NCBI GenBank assembly: GCA_963719085.1
Contig: CAVRAL010000004.1
Coordinates: forward strand, 1,184,001-1,248,000
Reading direction: 5' to 3'
DNA: 64,000 nucleotides
Source of the DNA: a candidate division FCPU426 bacterium
GTDB lineage: Bacteria; Oederibacteriota; Muellerivitia; Muellerivitales; Muellerivitaceae
In this document: positions 19,273-29,481 of the stretch, piece by piece
How positions within the stretch are numbered: the stretch's first letter is position 1
Layout of the letters: the number at the start of each line of letters is the position of its first letter
Position numbers and translations under genes: made by a program
The notes under the pieces: generated by a model
The model's database searches: none
What the model was told of the DNA's origin: nothing
The model's input: only the letters and a program-made list of their open reading frames with translations

Positions 19273-20136
19273 ATGCAGGATAAACAAACCCCGGTGCCCG
19301 AGAGCACGGCCTTGCGGGTCGCCCTCTGGCGGGCCTTGCATATGCGGGTCGATCTGTTGCCGCATGTGTTTGAGGATGAGATCGGTTTCAAGCTGGCGGC
19401 GCCCGAGGAGGGTTGGCGCGAGCGCCCGGACATGAATCCGGAATGGACGAAGCCCTTCCGCGCCTCAATATTAGCCCGCGCGCGCTTCATTGAGGATTTA
19501 GTGGTCGAACAATCCGGCCTTGGCGTCAGTCAATATGTGATCCTGGGAGCGGGGCTTGATACCTTTTCCCAGCGCAGGCCGAAGATCGCTTCCCGCCTAA
19601 AAGTGTTTGAAGTTGACCAACCAGGACCCCAAGAATGGAAACGTAAAAGACTGATTGAACTTGGTTTTGGAATCCCGGAATGGCTCAAGTTTGTGCCGGT
19701 TGATTTTGAGACGGGGGATGGTTGGTGGAAACAATTGAAAGCCTCAGGATTTGATGTCGGCCGCCCGGCGGTCGCCGCCTCCACCGGCGTGAGCATGTAT
19801 CTCTCCCAGGAAGCCATCTCAGCGACCCTGCGCCAGGTGGCGGCCTTCGCCCCGGGATCGACGTTGGCCATGACTTTTCTTCTGCCGATCGAGTTGGCGG
19901 ACCCGGAAGTTCGTCCAGGGCTTGAGCGGGCGGTCAAGGGGGCGCAAGCCAGCGGGACGCCTTTTATCAGCTTTTTCACGCCGGATCGGATGCTGGCGCT
20001 GGCGCGCGAGGCCGGATTTAAGGAAGTACGGCACGTCTCGGCGGCGGAACTGGCCCAGCGTTATTTTTCGGGCAGGACGGACGGCCTTCGCCCGCCCAAT
20101 AATTCTGAAGAATTACTGGTGGCGACTTCCGGATGA
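19273..20136 (+). CDS. SAM-dependent methyltransferase (LCM/O-methyltransferase Omt-like)
   Basis: RARFIED, QYVILGAGLDT and VFEVDQP motifs; start chosen at an ATG with a GGAGA Shine-Dalgarno. Confidence 0.88.
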   Translation: MQDKQTPVPESTALRVALWRALHMRVDLLPHVFEDEIGFKLAAPEEGWRERPDMNPEWTKPFRASILARARFIEDLVVEQSGLGVSQYVILGAGLDTFSQRRPKIASRLKVFEVDQPGPQEWKRKRLIELGFGIPEWLKFVPVDFETGDGWWKQLKASGFDVGRPAVAASTGVSMYLSQEAISATLRQVAAFAPGSTLAMTFLLPIELADPEVRPGLERAVKGAQASGTPFISFFTPDRMLALAREAGFKEVRHVSAAELAQRYFSGRTDGLRPPNNSEELLVATSG

Positions 20137-20169
20137 GATGCCTTTGAAAAAATATAGGCGGAGCCAGCG

Positions 20170-20580
20170 ATGAAACTAGGAACCCATCTCACCTTTAGCG
20201 GACGGTGCGAGGAAGCCTTTCGGTTTTACGAACAATGCCTGGGCGGCGGCAGCCTTCGCCTGCTTACCTATGGCGATTCACCGATGGGCGCCAAGATGCC
20301 GCCTGAATGGCGCGGGAAAATCGTCCATGCCTCCCTCGCGGTCGGCAATATGGAATTAACGGGCGTGGATCTTTTGCCGAAAGATTATGAACCGCCGAAG
20401 GGTTTTTTCGTCCTCTTGAACCTGAGCACCCCGGAACAGACGGAGCGGATATTTCAAGCCTTGTCCGAAAAGGGCGTGGTTCGGATGCCGCTCCAGGAAA
20501 CCTTTTGGTCGGTCCGTTTCGGCATACTGGTGGACCCCTTTGGGGTGCCTTGGGAGATCAATTGTGAGGCCGCTCCCTAG
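20170..20580 (+). CDS. VOC/PhnB family protein
   Basis: HLTFSGRCEEAFRFY and MPLQETFW..FGILVDPFGVPW motifs. Confidence 0.9.
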   Translation: MKLGTHLTFSGRCEEAFRFYEQCLGGGSLRLLTYGDSPMGAKMPPEWRGKIVHASLAVGNMELTGVDLLPKDYEPPKGFFVLLNLSTPEQTERIFQALSEKGVVRMPLQETFWSVRFGILVDPFGVPWEINCEAAP

Positions 20581-20693
20581 TTCACGGGAAGTTTACACAT
20601 AAGTTCCTATGGCGTTTGGGTTTTGGTTTATTGTAGGCTATCTGTGCTTTTGGGCTTGATCTTCAAATCCCAAGGAATTCGAGGCTGGACCGA

Positions 20694-21296
20694 ATGGACG
20701 CTTCTTCAGTAGCGGAAAGCTATCGGCGCTATTCCCGAATTTATGTCTTTCACCTGAACCCCGGGCGCTCCGTGGCGGTCCAGCGGATGGAGCTGAAAAG
20801 CGACGATCGGGTATTGGAAATCGGGATTGGGACCGGTTTGTCCCTGCCGCTTTATCCTACCCATGTCAATGTCACTGGCATCGACATCACAGCCGAAATG
20901 CTGGAACGGGCCCAACAACGGGTTGATCTTTTAAACATGGACCACGTTGAGCTTCATTTGATGGACGCGCAAAAGCTGAGCTTCCCCGACCATTCCTTTG
21001 ATAAAAGCATCGCCATGTTCGTGGCGTCGGTCGCGCCCGATCCCGTGGCCATGATTCGGGAAATGAAGCGGGTGACCCGTCCTGGAGGCGGAATCTACAT
21101 CTTGAACCACTTCAGCCAAAAAGGCTCCTTCATGAGTCTGGTGGAAAAAGCGCTGAGTCCCTTCGCCCCCCAATTGGGGTTTGAGCCGCTTTTTTACTTG
21201 GATGATTTTATCGAACGGGCCGGGCTTCAGGGCGCGGTGGACATCCCCATCCAACCTTTCGGTTATTGGCGTTTGCTCTGCTTCAAAAACGAATAA
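20694..21296 (+). CDS. Class I SAM methyltransferase, PmtA (phospholipid N-methyltransferase)-like
   Basis: VLEIGIGTGLSLPLY, MDAQKLSFPD and ILNHF motifs. Confidence 0.75.
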   Translation: MDASSVAESYRRYSRIYVFHLNPGRSVAVQRMELKSDDRVLEIGIGTGLSLPLYPTHVNVTGIDITAEMLERAQQRVDLLNMDHVELHLMDAQKLSFPDHSFDKSIAMFVASVAPDPVAMIREMKRVTRPGGGIYILNHFSQKGSFMSLVEKALSPFAPQLGFEPLFYLDDFIERAGLQGAVDIPIQPFGYWRLLCFKNE

Positions 21297-21311
21297 TCGA
21301 AAAAGCGGGTC

Positions 21312-21797
21312 TTGCCATTGACTAGCCCGAAAAAATTATCTTTTCTACTACTTTTATTTCCGCTGGCCGGATGTTTTTCCGGGCCGCCGCCGGTGCCGAT
21401 CAACGTGGACCAAGCCAAGCAATTCGCCGATCAAGTGGCCCTGGATTATTTCGACAACGACGTCCATGACCTTTATCCGAGGCTGGACCTGGGCTTTAAA
21501 AGCGAGGTCCACAATGAAAACGATTTAAAAGCCGTCCTCCACCACATCCGCTTTTTGTACGGCACCCCCATCGCCTATGACTACAAGGTCGCCACCTATG
21601 GGCACCGTCCCACGGACTCGGGCCCTAAAGCCTATGTGGACCTTTGGTACATCCTGCGCACCAAGCAATATCCGAAAGGGGATCACTACCTCAAGATTGA
21701 GGTGGTTCAAGCGCAGGGAGCTACCTTCTTGGATCTGGGGGGCTTGGGAATTTTGACTTTTCCCGATGGATTGCCGGCTTACTTAAAACAGAATTAA
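21312..21797 (+). CDS. Hypothetical lipoprotein
   Basis: Lipobox LAGC after a hydrophobic leader. Confidence 0.65.
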   Translation: MPLTSPKKLSFLLLLFPLAGCFSGPPPVPINVDQAKQFADQVALDYFDNDVHDLYPRLDLGFKSEVHNENDLKAVLHHIRFLYGTPIAYDYKVATYGHRPTDSGPKAYVDLWYILRTKQYPKGDHYLKIEVVQAQGATFLDLGGLGILTFPDGLPAYLKQN

Positions 21798-21817
21798 GAA
21801 ACCCTGACAAAAACCTA

Positions 21818-21933
21818 TTTCACCGCCAAGACGCCAAGTTCGCCAAGAAAAACAAAGGACTATATTTCAAAAAATCGCCGAAAATAGGTATTGTTTTTGT
21901 CTTCCTTGCGCGCTTGGTGTCTTGCCGGTTAAA
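21818..21933. repeat. Palindromic intergenic repeat, family A (degenerate)
   Basis: TTTCACCGCCAAGACGCCAAG left arm pairs imperfectly with CTTGGTGTCTTGCCGGTTAAA. Confidence 0.75.
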
Positions 21934-22056
21934 ATTGTCTTTGCTTTGATTATTGTTATAAGTCCTAAATTGTGCAAAAATAATTTAACGCCATTTGTTT
22001 TTTGCGTCCCCGGGTCTTCGTGGTAAAAAGGGTCATCCTTAAAGGCCCTGGATCCT

Positions 22057-24411
22057 ATGAGACCCTATCTAACGCTTGCCTTTGTCTTGGCGGCGATCGC
22101 GCTACGTTTTTTCCAAGCCGAAGCCGATTTCGCCCGCCAACAAACTGTTTTCCCCCAACCGGTCAAAGGCTCCTTTAAAGTTTGGGTCGCGGAAGAGCCG
22201 GAAGTTCTTTTTGACCGGGAGCCGGGAAGCCATTTCAGCGGCCGCCGGAACGGGTTTTACGAGCCGAACGTCTTTGAGGTCCGCGCGGTTTGCACCCTTC
22301 TTTCGTTCAACGGCCAAGCTGAGCCGCCGGTCAGGGCGAGGGTGAGCTTTAGGCTTTCTCCCGATTCGACTTGCCCCTTGCTCAACGACGGCGAGACGGT
22401 GGAATTTCAGGGCTGGATGGGAATTCCGCCGCCGCCCCAAAATCCCGGCCAGTTTGACTATGCCCAATTTCTCAAAAACCGGGGAGTCGCCTATACGGCC
22501 GCGGTATTGCCCGGGGCTTTCAAGGCTGACCCTGAGGAAAAGCTTCGGGGATTTTTCCTCAACCGCTGGGCGGCTTTTTTAAAGCGCTCGGTGGAAGAAC
22601 GGATTGATTTTCTTTTGCCCTATCCCGAAAACGCCCTGCTTTCGGGCATCCTTTTGGGCGAGCGGGTGGGGTTACCGCAGGATCTGGTGGAAACCTTTAT
22701 CGTTACCGGAACGGTCCATATCTTGGCGGTTTCCGGGCTGATCACGGCTTTTGTGGCCGGAATTCTTTTTCTTTTCTTCCGGGCCGCTCAAGTTCCCCGA
22801 AAAGGCGCCGCGGCGCTGACCCTGCTTGGCATCCTTTTTTTCGTCCTGATGACCGGGGCCCATCCGCCGGTTTGCCGCGCCGGGCTTTTTTCCGGGCTCG
22901 CTTTATTGGCGCTTTTATTGGAACGCCGGGTTTTGGGTGGGACCTTACTTCTGACGACGGCCAGCCTGCTCATCCTGATTAATCCCTTTGTGTTGACCGA
23001 CCTTTCTTTTCAAATTTCTTTTTTGGCCACGGCGGGGCTCATGGTGATGGGACCCTTTCTTATGGAAAAACTATCGTTTTTTTGGAAACCCGCGGCGCTG
23101 GTGGCGGCGGCCACCCTGGCCGCCCAGCTTTCGGTGTGGGCGCTCATTTTGGGTGATTTCAATTTGTTGGCGGTTTATTCGGTTCCGGCCAACCTAGTGG
23201 TGGTGCCTTTGGTTTTATTTAGCACGGCGGGTGGGCTGGCCGCGCTGGGCGCCTCCTTTCTAAACCTTTCTTTAGGAAAACTTTTGGCCGCCGGAGTCTC
23301 AGGTCCCCTGCATCTGTTGATGGCCCTGGCCGCCGGGATGGCCCGTTGGCCCTTGGCCCAGATTATTGTGGCCACGCCGCCGCTCCCCTGGACCCTTCTT
23401 TTTCACGCCTGGCTTTTGGCGGCTTTCTTCGCCTATTGGCCCCGGCCCGAGCCCGAAAAGCCTTCCGAACGCTGGAAGCGGAAAAATATTTTTTATCAGC
23501 GGGCGCGAAAACTGGCGGCGGGCAGCGGGTGTTTGCTTCTCTTTTTGTCCCTGGTCCTGGCGGGGATGGATCGCTTCGCGTCGCGGCCGGCTTTGCGGGT
23601 CACTTTTCTGGCCGTCGGGCACGGCAACGCCGTGGTGGCGCGATCGCCCCAGGGACGGATTTTGATCGTGGATGGGGGAAAGGAAACCATCGGGCCCGAC
23701 CGTTACCTGCCGTTGGTTTCCTATCTGCGTTTTTTAGGGACCCGCGAGGTGGACTCGGCCTTGGACACCCATCCGGACGAGGATCATGTGGGTGGTTTGG
23801 TGAATCTGGTTTCCGCTTTTCCGGTGCGCCGCGCTTACGAGGGCGCGGGCGCGAAGGCTTCCACGGATATTTACCAGGCCTTCCACGCCGAGTTGAGCCT
23901 GCGCGGGGTGCCGCTTTATTTTTTGAAGCAAGGCGATTCGCTTCCCGAAATGGCGCCCGCGGAGGCGCGGGTGCTTCATCCACCGCTGAACTTCAAACCT
24001 CCCCAGGCGGATAATAACCGGTCGGTGGTGACCGAACTGTGCTATCCGGCGGGGCCTTCGGGCGTCTCGGTGCTCTTGCCCGGGGATTTGGAAAAGGACG
24101 GACTGTTAAAATTATTGGCGGATAACCGGCCCTTTCCCCGGATCGATTGGCTCATGGCCCCCCACCATGGCCGCGCCAGCGGGGAGCCGGCCCTTTGCGC
24201 GCGCCGCCTCAAACCCCGGTTTGTGGTCTTTAGCGATCAGGTGGACTATCCCGCGTCCCGCGCCCTCTATGAAAAAAATGATCCCGGCGTGAGGGTTTTT
24301 TCCACGGCTCGGGAGGGCGCGGTGGAACTGGAAATATTTTCCGACGGCCAAAGCCGCTACCGGACCCGCCGGAACCCCCAATGGACAACACTTTCCCCGT
24401 CTATCCATTAA
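22057..24411 (+). CDS. comEC: DNA internalization competence protein ComEC/Rec2
   Basis: NPGQFDY, GTVHILAVSG, SFQISFLA and metallo-beta-lactamase THPDEDHVGG / APHHG motifs. Confidence 0.93.
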   Translation: MRPYLTLAFVLAAIALRFFQAEADFARQQTVFPQPVKGSFKVWVAEEPEVLFDREPGSHFSGRRNGFYEPNVFEVRAVCTLLSFNGQAEPPVRARVSFRLSPDSTCPLLNDGETVEFQGWMGIPPPPQNPGQFDYAQFLKNRGVAYTAAVLPGAFKADPEEKLRGFFLNRWAAFLKRSVEERIDFLLPYPENALLSGILLGERVGLPQDLVETFIVTGTVHILAVSGLITAFVAGILFLFFRAAQVPRKGAAALTLLGILFFVLMTGAHPPVCRAGLFSGLALLALLLERRVLGGTLLLTTASLLILINPFVLTDLSFQISFLATAGLMVMGPFLMEKLSFFWKPAALVAAATLAAQLSVWALILGDFNLLAVYSVPANLVVVPLVLFSTAGGLAALGASFLNLSLGKLLAAGVSGPLHLLMALAAGMARWPLAQIIVATPPLPWTLLFHAWLLAAFFAYWPRPEPEKPSERWKRKNIFYQRARKLAAGSGCLLLFLSLVLAGMDRFASRPALRVTFLAVGHGNAVVARSPQGRILIVDGGKETIGPDRYLPLVSYLRFLGTREVDSALDTHPDEDHVGGLVNLVSAFPVRRAYEGAGAKASTDIYQAFHAELSLRGVPLYFLKQGDSLPEMAPAEARVLHPPLNFKPPQADNNRSVVTELCYPAGPSGVSVLLPGDLEKDGLLKLLADNRPFPRIDWLMAPHHGRASGEPALCARRLKPRFVVFSDQVDYPASRALYEKNDPGVRVFSTAREGAVELEIFSDGQSRYRTRRNPQWTTLSPSIH

Positions 24412-24440
24412 GAACCCCTAACGAAAACCAAATTAATTGA

Positions 24441-24578
24441 ACAATGATGGACGCAGATGAACGCGGATTTGTAGAAACATTAGGATTTCCGCCATTTTCT
24501 ATCGGCGTTTATCCGCGTTCGCGTCGCTTATCCATATCCTAGTTAGGGGAGAGCGACATTGCCCCGGCGCATCATTGT
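24441..24578. repeat. Palindromic intergenic repeat, family B, with a secondary hairpin in the right arm
   Basis: ACAATGATGGACGCAGATGAACGCGGAT...ATCGGCGTTTATCCGCGT[GTCGCT..AGCGAC]..GCATCATTGT. Confidence 0.75.
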
Positions 24579-24621
24579 AAAAAGGTTTTATTGGAGACTC
24601 TAAATTTTAAATAAGCGGGGA

Positions 24622-25839
24622 ATGTCCTTTTGGTTGATTCCCGCTAAGATGAGCCCGAAGTCATTCACTTCAGTTAGGAGGTTTGTGGCTCCCTTGATTC
24701 CTTCCCCGTCCGGCACAGCGCGAAAAACCGTCATTGATCTTGTCCGGTTCTTCAGTATCTTTGTCGTGTTGGGCTGCCATTTTTATCCCCGCTGGGTCGC
24801 CAACTCGGGCGACTATCCCCACTGGCTGCGCTGGCTTATCCAGACCCTCTTTTTGAACGGGGGCAACGGAGTCACTTGTTTTTTCGTCGTGTCCGGTTTT
24901 TTGATCACCCAAATGATGGCCGAGTCGGCGCCTCGCTTTTCCCACCTGGACCTCCGGGATTTTTACGTGAAGCGGGCGGCCCGCATCGTCCCGCTTTTGT
25001 TGTTGGTGGTCTCGCTGGGATTTGTTTTGGCCCAATGGCAGCCGATTTTCAGCATGCGCCGCTATATTTTTTTTGACGTGCCCACGGGGTTCACCTGGGA
25101 CTTTTGGCTGTCGTTAACGACCTTTACCTTTAATTGGTTCTTGGTGCTTCAAGGATTGACCGGAAAAATCGGACTCCACTGGGCCCTGCTTTGGTCCTTG
25201 GCGGTTGAGGAACAATTTTATTTTCTCTACCCGCTCTTTTTTAAAAGGCTGGGCGGCAAGCGGTCCCTATGTTTTTTCCTGGTACTGATGGCGGTCGTCC
25301 CGGTGCTTTTCCGGGTTTTCGTGGATAAGACGCTGGGGGATGACATTGGCTGGGGCCGTAATTTTTCGCTCGGGGTCTTCGACGCCTTGGCCATCGGATG
25401 CCTGGCTTATTGGGCTTGGCCTTTATTTAAAAGATGGGGCCGCGCCGGTTGGGGGCTTGGTTTCAGCGTTCTTTTGTTGGCTTGGGGTTATACCGGGTTT
25501 GGCTTGAGCGATTCCGTCGATTTTATTTTCGGCCCCTCGTTCGTGGCATTGGGCTGCGCCGGGGTTATTTTAAACGGGCTGGAAATGAAAACTTTTGAGA
25601 GGCCTTTTTGGCGGTGGTTGAGCGGGCCGGGCCGGCTGAGCTATGGAGGCTATTTATGGCAGGTGATCCTCCTTTATTTCCTCATGCCGATCGTATTTCC
25701 CTGGGGCGGTTTGCCCGCCCTTTTCGCTTGGATGCTGGCGGTGTGGGTTTGGTCTTTTATTTCTTACCAATGGTTTGAACAACCGATGAATCGTTGGGTC
25801 CGCTCCTGGTTCAAGATTCGGCCGTCGAAATCCCTGTAA
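24622..25839 (+). CDS. Acyltransferase family 3 (OafA-like) membrane protein
   Basis: GVTCFFVVSGFLIT, FYVKRAARI and LWSLAVEEQFY motifs. Confidence 0.92.
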   Translation: MSFWLIPAKMSPKSFTSVRRFVAPLIPSPSGTARKTVIDLVRFFSIFVVLGCHFYPRWVANSGDYPHWLRWLIQTLFLNGGNGVTCFFVVSGFLITQMMAESAPRFSHLDLRDFYVKRAARIVPLLLLVVSLGFVLAQWQPIFSMRRYIFFDVPTGFTWDFWLSLTTFTFNWFLVLQGLTGKIGLHWALLWSLAVEEQFYFLYPLFFKRLGGKRSLCFFLVLMAVVPVLFRVFVDKTLGDDIGWGRNFSLGVFDALAIGCLAYWAWPLFKRWGRAGWGLGFSVLLLAWGYTGFGLSDSVDFIFGPSFVALGCAGVILNGLEMKTFERPFWRWLSGPGRLSYGGYLWQVILLYFLMPIVFPWGGLPALFAWMLAVWVWSFISYQWFEQPMNRWVRSWFKIRPSKSL

Positions 25840-25851
25840 TGGGGCCCCCGG

Positions 25852-25880
25852 TTGAAATCCCGGCCGAAGCTACTTATAAT
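25852..25880 (+). promoter_or_regulatory. Sigma70-type promoter of the HU/IHF gene
   Basis: TTGAAA-N17-TATAAT, ending 7 nt before the ATG at 25888. Confidence 0.7.
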
Positions 25881-25887
25881 GGGGCTC

Positions 25888-26190
25888 ATGAAGCTAGTGC
25901 TACAAGATATAGTACGGGCTGTGGCCAAGGCCTCCGGCTTGAAGGTCCCCGACGCTAAAGTTGTCACCCAACGCATCATCGACACCCTGGAAGAAGGCTT
26001 GCTCCGGGGAGAAACCATTGAAATCCGCGACTTCGGGGTCTTTAAGACTAAGCTCGTTCAAGGCCGGGTCGGCCGGGACCTTAACCGGGGAATTTCGATC
26101 GCTTTGCCGCCCACGCGCCGGATTAAATTTAAGCCCGGCAAAAAGCTCAAACCCATTCCGGTGGGTGAAAAGCAACTCACTTTGGTCTAA
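25888..26190 (+). CDS. HU/IHF family DNA-binding protein
   Basis: GETIEIRDFGVF..GR..KFKPGK motifs. Confidence 0.85.
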   Translation: MKLVLQDIVRAVAKASGLKVPDAKVVTQRIIDTLEEGLLRGETIEIRDFGVFKTKLVQGRVGRDLNRGISIALPPTRRIKFKPGKKLKPIPVGEKQLTLV

Positions 26191-26214
26191 GGTGTTTTGA
26201 GACAGGGAGCCAGG

Positions 26215-26715
26215 ATGTCCACGACGGTGCATTATTTCGGAAAAATTAAAAGCCCGGAATCCATCCGTGAGTTGAAGGAAGAGTTCCAGGAAATCGCCCA
26301 AGTGAGCGGTTGGACCTTTGAGAAGGTCGACCACGTTTTCGCGCCCACGGAGAACCCGGGTCCGGCCCGGTTGACCCTCAAGGGCATCCGCCTGACCCTG
26401 GGCAAATCCTTCAGCCCGGTTCAATTGACCTTCGATAAAGACGGCTATCTTTCCCATATCTATTACGAGACGGTCATGACCGAAAATCCCTTGCGGGTGG
26501 GCGTGGAAAAAACCACCCAGATCCTCCATCAGGTCCACACCAGCACCACGATGAAGAATCCCGACGCCCAAGACCATATCAGCTTGATCAAGGTTTTGGA
26601 TTATGTGAAGAAAAAATACGTTCCCAATTTGGAAGTGATCGACAATACTGGTTATTGGTATAGCCGGGACTTGGCGGCGCTACGCTCCAAGAGCCTGCAG
26701 TTAATTCCCAAGTAA
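26215..26715 (+). CDS. Hypothetical protein
   Basis: ORF with a GGAG Shine-Dalgarno, host-like codon usage and a downstream terminator. Confidence 0.7.
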   Translation: MSTTVHYFGKIKSPESIRELKEEFQEIAQVSGWTFEKVDHVFAPTENPGPARLTLKGIRLTLGKSFSPVQLTFDKDGYLSHIYYETVMTENPLRVGVEKTTQILHQVHTSTTMKNPDAQDHISLIKVLDYVKKKYVPNLEVIDNTGYWYSRDLAALRSKSLQLIPK

Positions 26716-26725
26716 GTCTCCCCAA

Positions 26726-26770
26726 TAAAAAAACCCCTTTGCGCCCCTTTGGCGGCAAAGGGGTTTTTTT
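26726..26770 (+). terminator. Intrinsic (bidirectional-type) terminator
   Basis: AAAAAAACCCCTTTGC...GCAAAGGGGTTTTTTT. Confidence 0.75.
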
Positions 26771-26804
26771 ATTTGGCGGCGAATTCTTTAAAAGCGAGAC
26801 AAAG

Positions 26805-28904
26805 TTGAGAAAACGGCTTGGCTTAAAATGGGTGTTTCCGGGGTTGGCGGTTCTTTGTTTTTTTACCGCCGAAAACGGCCGGTCGGATGATTTTTCGAAG
26901 TCCTTAGGGATGGATTTCAACGCGGGCCGATTCGCCCAAGTCGAGGACAGCCTCCAGAATTCCTTGGACCAAAATCCCGCCCAGCCCCGGCTGTGGCTGG
27001 AATTGGGCGCTTTGCGGCAGGCCCGGGGGGACAACGCCTCGGCCTTGGCCGCCTATCAGACCTGCCTTTCAAAAGTTGATTCTTTTCCCGTGGCGCTGGA
27101 TGACGCCAAGACGCTGCTGCGCCTCGCCCGGCTGAAGGACGCCGAGGCGGCCTATTTAAAATTAAACGCCCAGCAGCCGGACAATCCGGAGGTCCTTTGG
27201 GGATTGGCGCAGGTTAAAAATTACGAGTCTCAATGGATTCATTACAAAAAATTCGCCGATCGGCAGGCCGACCGGGTTCAAGCCCAGAGCTGGCTTTTAA
27301 AGACCGTCCAGGTCGAGCCTTCCTTCGCCCTGGCCTTTTGGCAATTGGCCGATGTGTCCCGCCGCTTGGGCGATGACAAGACGGCCTTGTGGGCCTATGA
27401 GCAAACCCTCAAGCTGGACGGCAGTTTCAAGGAAGCCCACCGGCATATCGCGGAGCTCCTGGCCAAGCATAAAGATTTCAAAGACGCCCTGGCCAAATAC
27501 GACCAAGCCCTGGCCATCGACCCGAATGATTTGGCGTTAAAAAAAGAGGACCAGCGGGTGGCGGAGCAGGTACCCGAGCAGGCGGGTGAGCGCCGTGAGG
27601 CGCGGCTGGCGCAATGGGAAAGTTTTAAGCCGCCGGCGGCGTCTTATCTGCCTGATTCTTCCGTGACCATCCGGGTGGGGTTGGCCCGGGGTTTGGGACG
27701 GCTTCATTTTAAATGCGACAGCGATTTGTCCGTCACGACGCCCGCGGGCACGGCGGTTACCGTTTTGCCCGGCGGCGGGGAATACAAGATTGTTTATGAC
27801 TCGGCGGGCAAATCGCCCACGGGTTCGGAGCGGTGGCGGCTGGAAACCGAGCATGGCAAGCTTTTGCTGGCCTTCAGCAACCGGCTTTGGTTCATCCCTT
27901 CGGACAAACAAAAAACCATCGCCTTGCACGCGCTTGTGTCCAACGCCGGTTATTTTTTCGCCCGGGAACAGGACAAGGCTTACCGGGGCATCCTTGAGAT
28001 TTATCCCAAGCCCGGGTCAGGGTTCCAGGTCGTGAACCGGGTGACCCTGGAGCAATATCTGGGGGGCGTGGTGCCCTCCGAGATGGTCTCGTCTTGGCCC
28101 GCGGCCGCCCTTCAAGTGCAGGCCATCCTGGCCCGCACTTACGTGCTTTCCAAGATGGGCCGACACGAATCGGAGGGGTTCGACGTCTGTGATAGCGTGC
28201 ATTGCCAAGTTTATGGCGGGATCGGGGCCGAGAATATCCATTCCAACGAGGCGATCCTCAAAACCGCGGGCGAGGTTTTGGAGGCCCACGGCCATATTTT
28301 GCCGGTGGCTTTCTCCGCCCAATGCGGCGGACACACGCAGGATTACCAAGAAGCCTGGGGCGCCAAGGTGCCGGTTATCGGCGTCCGGGATGACGCGCCG
28401 GGCGAGAATCCGGACATGGATTTTCCGCTGTCGCCTTATTCCTTGGAAACCTGGATCCATGAGGACCGCCCGTCCTATTGCCGGATCCCGGGGCTCAAGG
28501 GATACCAAAATTACCGCTGGGTGGTGGTGGTGCCGGCGGCCGATCTTTCGGCCAAGGCCCCCAAATTGGGGAAAATCAGGCGGTTGGTGGTGGAACACCG
28601 CTCCAGCGCGGGTTGGGCCGACCGGCTTTTAGTGGAAGGGGATTCGGGAAGCCAAGAGCTGAAGGGGGATGTTATCCGTAGTTTTTTAGGCGGGATTCGG
28701 AGTAATCTGATTTGGATCGAGACCCAGTTCAACCCCCAAGGCTGGCCGGAAGCTTTCATCATTTACGGCGGGGGTTGGGGCCATGGCGTGGGTCTCTGCC
28801 AAGTGGGAACTTTGGGGATGGTGAGGCAAGGTAAAAGCGTGGAGGATGTTTTGAAACATTATTTCCCCCTGGCGAGTTTGGAAAAACTGCCCGCGAATCC
28901 GTAA
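26805..28904 (+). CDS. TPR-repeat SpoIID/LytB-domain lytic transglycosylase
   Basis: N-terminal TPRs; LEQYLGGVVPSEM, ALQVQAILARTY, CQVYGG and GGWGHGVGLCQ motifs. Start uncertain. Confidence 0.88.
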   Translation: MRKRLGLKWVFPGLAVLCFFTAENGRSDDFSKSLGMDFNAGRFAQVEDSLQNSLDQNPAQPRLWLELGALRQARGDNASALAAYQTCLSKVDSFPVALDDAKTLLRLARLKDAEAAYLKLNAQQPDNPEVLWGLAQVKNYESQWIHYKKFADRQADRVQAQSWLLKTVQVEPSFALAFWQLADVSRRLGDDKTALWAYEQTLKLDGSFKEAHRHIAELLAKHKDFKDALAKYDQALAIDPNDLALKKEDQRVAEQVPEQAGERREARLAQWESFKPPAASYLPDSSVTIRVGLARGLGRLHFKCDSDLSVTTPAGTAVTVLPGGGEYKIVYDSAGKSPTGSERWRLETEHGKLLLAFSNRLWFIPSDKQKTIALHALVSNAGYFFAREQDKAYRGILEIYPKPGSGFQVVNRVTLEQYLGGVVPSEMVSSWPAAALQVQAILARTYVLSKMGRHESEGFDVCDSVHCQVYGGIGAENIHSNEAILKTAGEVLEAHGHILPVAFSAQCGGHTQDYQEAWGAKVPVIGVRDDAPGENPDMDFPLSPYSLETWIHEDRPSYCRIPGLKGYQNYRWVVVVPAADLSAKAPKLGKIRRLVVEHRSSAGWADRLLVEGDSGSQELKGDVIRSFLGGIRSNLIWIETQFNPQGWPEAFIIYGGGWGHGVGLCQVGTLGMVRQGKSVEDVLKHYFPLASLEKLPANP

Positions 28905-28914
28905 AGGAGAATCC

Positions 28915-29478
28915 GTGAAAAAGCTTTTTTTCATTTTACTGTTCCTGTCCTTCGGGCTGACGTCCTGCCGGACCCTAGGAACGGATTTGGGGCTCGTGCA
29001 CCTCACCGACCTCCAGCAGCGGGAAGGCCCCACGGGAACCCTGGCCCAACCGGCCCCGCTCGATCCTTTCAAAAGCTATGACTTGGTCATGGCGGCCAAC
29101 GAATGCCGCTATTTCCAGATGAACCTGCCGGAAGGATGGTATTGGAAGTTGTTCGTGACCGCGGTCAACCGCTCGAAGGATACCTCCGGGGTCCTGAAGG
29201 CCGGGGTGCTTCCCTCGACGCCCGCGTGGGACGCGGTGCCGCTTTGTGTTTCCCAAAAAGAGTTCGACTTAAAAACCGAGGGCGAAGAGGAAGTTTTGGG
29301 CGTGTCCAATAAAGGCCCCACCCGCCCGGCGGTTTTGGAATTGTGCCAGGAAGGCTCGCCCATCCGGGTCACCTTGAAAAGCGAGGTGTCGCCGATCAAT
29401 GGCGAGCTCATGAGTCCCTTGGGCATGAAACTGCCCGTTCGTTTACCGGGAACCTCTTCCGCGTTCGCGGGGGAATAA
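28915..29478 (+). CDS. Hypothetical lipoprotein
   Basis: AAGGAG Shine-Dalgarno, lipobox LTSC. Confidence 0.7.
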   Translation: MKKLFFILLFLSFGLTSCRTLGTDLGLVHLTDLQQREGPTGTLAQPAPLDPFKSYDLVMAANECRYFQMNLPEGWYWKLFVTAVNRSKDTSGVLKAGVLPSTPAWDAVPLCVSQKEFDLKTEGEEEVLGVSNKGPTRPAVLELCQEGSPIRVTLKSEVSPINGELMSPLGMKLPVRLPGTSSAFAGE

Positions 29479-29481
29479 ACC

